Source of the DNA: an uncultured Mucilaginibacter sp. | GTDB lineage: Bacteria > Bacteroidota > Bacteroidia > Sphingobacteriales > Sphingobacteriaceae | Length of the DNA: 61,874 bases | NCBI RefSeq assembly: GCF_903913935.1 | Contig: NZ_CAIWNH010000485.1 | Location: forward strand, 1-61,874 | Reading direction: 5' to 3' | In this document: positions 59,886 to 61,874 of the stretch, one piece after another | Position numbering within the stretch: the first letter of the stretch is position 1 | Layout: the number at the start of each line of letters is the position of its first letter | Notes under the pieces: generated by a model | Seen by the model: the letters and a program-made list of their open reading frames with translations, nothing else | What the model was told of the DNA's origin: nothing | Database searches by the model: none | Position numbers and translations under genes: made by a program

Positions 59886-61805
59886 ATGGCGAGATTAAAT
59901 TTACTTGAAGAGACGCGGTACGAGAAACTGCCGGTAACGGTGTATGGCAACCAGCAGCAGGCATCCATTGCCGTAGCGGGCCGCATAGCGGCATTGATCT
60001 GCGGCAAAGAAGCCAAAGGCGAAAAAACGGTATTGGGCCTGGCCACCGGGGTAACGCCCATCGGGGTGTATGCTGAACTGGTAAGGCTGCACAAAGAAGA
60101 AGGCCTGAGCTTTAAAAATGTGATCACCTTTAACCTGGATGAATACTATCCCATGCAGGCTGCAGCAGCACAAAGCTATGTGACCTTTATGAACGAAAAC
60201 CTGTTTTCGCAGGTAGATATCGATAAAAGCAATGTAAATATCCCCGATGGCACCCTGGCCCTTGACGAGGTGGCCGCCTTTTGCCTGGAGTACGAACATA
60301 AGATCACCGCCCTTGGCGGGCTGGACCTGCAAATCCTGGGTATCGGCCGTACCGGCCACATCGGCTTTAACGAGCCGGGATCGGCGCCAAACTCAGGAAC
60401 AAGGTTAGTAACCCTGGATGACCTGACCCGGAACGATGCCTCACGCGATTTCGGCGGCAAATCAAATGTACCCACCAAAGCCATCACCATGGGTGTGGGC
60501 ACCATTTTTAAAGCCCGCGAGATCATCCTGATGGCCTGGAGTTTGAAAAAAGCCCCGATCGTAAAAAAAGCGGTGGAAGGCGAGATCTCGGGAGAAGTAC
60601 CGGCTACCTATTTACAATTATCGGATCATGTTGAATTTGTGTTGGATGAAGCCGCTGCCAGTTCATTAACCCGCTTTGATACGCCCTGGCTGGTAAAAGA
60701 CTGTGTTTGGGAAAACGGCATGAAAAAGAAAGCAGTGATCTGGCTGGCCGAAACGGTAAACAAACCCATTTTAAAACTAACCGAAGAAGATTACAACAAC
60801 CATGGCATGGCCCAGCTGGCGGTTGAACAGGGCCCTGTATATAACATCAATATCGACATCTTTAACCAGTTGCAGCATACGATCACCGGCTGGCCGGGCG
60901 GTAAGCCCAACGCCGACGATTCGCAAAGGCCCGAGAGGGCACAGCCGGCCCGGAAGCGCTCCATCATCTTTTCGCCTCACCCGGACGATGATGTGATCTC
61001 CATGGGCGGTACCTTTATCCGTTTGGTTGACCAGGGGCACGATGTGCACGTCGCCTATCAAACCTCTGGCAACACGGCTGTATGGGATGATGATGTATTA
61101 CGCTTTGTAGAATTCGCCATCGACTTTAACCAGAGCATCGGCGAGGACAACAGCAAGCTGAAACAGATCTACGAAGACATGCGGGCCTTTATCCCTACCA
61201 AAAAACCCAACCAGGTAGACACCAAAGAGATCAGGGATGTAAAAGGGTTTATCCGCAAAACAGAAGCCATCTCCGGCGCACGGTATGCCGGCTTACCCGA
61301 CAGCAATATCCACTTTATGGCTTTGCCGTTTTACGAAACCGGCAAGATCAAAAAGAACACCGCCGGCGAAGCAGACATCAAACTAACGATGGAACTGTTG
61401 CAAAAAGTAAAACCGCAGCAGGTATTTGCCGCAGGTGACTTTGCCGACCCGAACGGAACACATTTGGTTTGTTTCAATATCATTGTAGCGGCATTAAACC
61501 GCTTAAAAGTAACCGAAGACTGGGTAAAAGACTGCTGGCTGTGGATGTACCGCGGCGCATGGCATGAATTTGAGACCCACGAGATAGAGATGGCTGTACC
61601 ATTGTCACCACAGGAAGTAATAAGAAAACGCAACGCGATCTTTAAACACCAGAGCCAAAAGGACAGACCGGTATTCCCGGGCGATGACGCAAGGGAGTTT
61701 TGGGTGAGGGCCGAGGACCGTACCCGCGAAACTGCCCAAAATTATGATAAACTGGGCATGGCGGAGTATGAGGCTATGGAGGCATTTGTGAGGTATCACT
61801 TTTAA
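59886..61805 (+). CDS. nagB: Glucosamine-6-phosphate deaminase fused to a PIG-L/LmbE-like domain
   Basis: LGLATG, FNLDEY, GIGRTGHIGFNEPG; C-terminal SPHPDDDVISMGG and HQSQ. Confidence 0.95.
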   Translation: MARLNLLEETRYEKLPVTVYGNQQQASIAVAGRIAALICGKEAKGEKTVLGLATGVTPIGVYAELVRLHKEEGLSFKNVITFNLDEYYPMQAAAAQSYVTFMNENLFSQVDIDKSNVNIPDGTLALDEVAAFCLEYEHKITALGGLDLQILGIGRTGHIGFNEPGSAPNSGTRLVTLDDLTRNDASRDFGGKSNVPTKAITMGVGTIFKAREIILMAWSLKKAPIVKKAVEGEISGEVPATYLQLSDHVEFVLDEAAASSLTRFDTPWLVKDCVWENGMKKKAVIWLAETVNKPILKLTEEDYNNHGMAQLAVEQGPVYNINIDIFNQLQHTITGWPGGKPNADDSQRPERAQPARKRSIIFSPHPDDDVISMGGTFIRLVDQGHDVHVAYQTSGNTAVWDDDVLRFVEFAIDFNQSIGEDNSKLKQIYEDMRAFIPTKKPNQVDTKEIRDVKGFIRKTEAISGARYAGLPDSNIHFMALPFYETGKIKKNTAGEADIKLTMELLQKVKPQQVFAAGDFADPNGTHLVCFNIIVAALNRLKVTEDWVKDCWLWMYRGAWHEFETHEIEMAVPLSPQEVIRKRNAIFKHQSQKDRPVFPGDDAREFWVRAEDRTRETAQNYDKLGMAEYEAMEAFVRYHF

Positions 61806-61874
61806 TGATTTCACCGATTTGGGAATGATTTCACCGATTTTGTGCCGCCACAACTCTTTAAATCGGTGAAATCA
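61804..61874. repeat. REP-like AAATCGGTG(A/T)AATC element
   Basis: aatgatttcaccgattt twice (61804-61820, 61824-61840) plus the inverted copy aaatcggtgaaatca (61860-61874); relatives at 57210-57244. Confidence 0.75.

Overview
Chromosomal DNA from a Bacteroidota organism, most likely Sphingobacteriaceae (Mucilaginibacter-like). This is inferred from T9SS cargo proteins, gldB, TAnnTTTG promoters and the ACIII-aa3 cluster. From left to right: a partial S8 protease with a GEVED domain; a large YDG/MBG-repeat T9SS protein and a small PID-CTERM-like protein that share an identical 63-bp leader; DUF4136, nadE and gldB; tandem DUF4349 paralogs, one with an internal TAA; an accessory minus-strand cluster (fibre-like protein, membrane protein, beta-barrel, degenerate hybrid kinase, T9SS paralog with an internal TAG); a complete alternative complex III (actABCDEF) plus aa3 oxidase and assembly genes; an apparently catalytically dead S9 peptidase in an operon with a sensor kinase and response regulator; two CocE/NonD hydrolases; a TsdA-like diheme cytochrome; a VapC toxin with an antitoxin missing from the ORF track; a GT39 glycosyltransferase; an M1 aminopeptidase; and nagB. 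No rRNA, tRNA, CRISPR array, integrase or transposase was seen. The best candidates for new biology are the pseudo-peptidase plus two-component system, the 63-bp direct repeat bracketing the T9SS gene, and a recurrent ECF-type promoter motif. All family assignments come from motif recognition by eye, not database searches.
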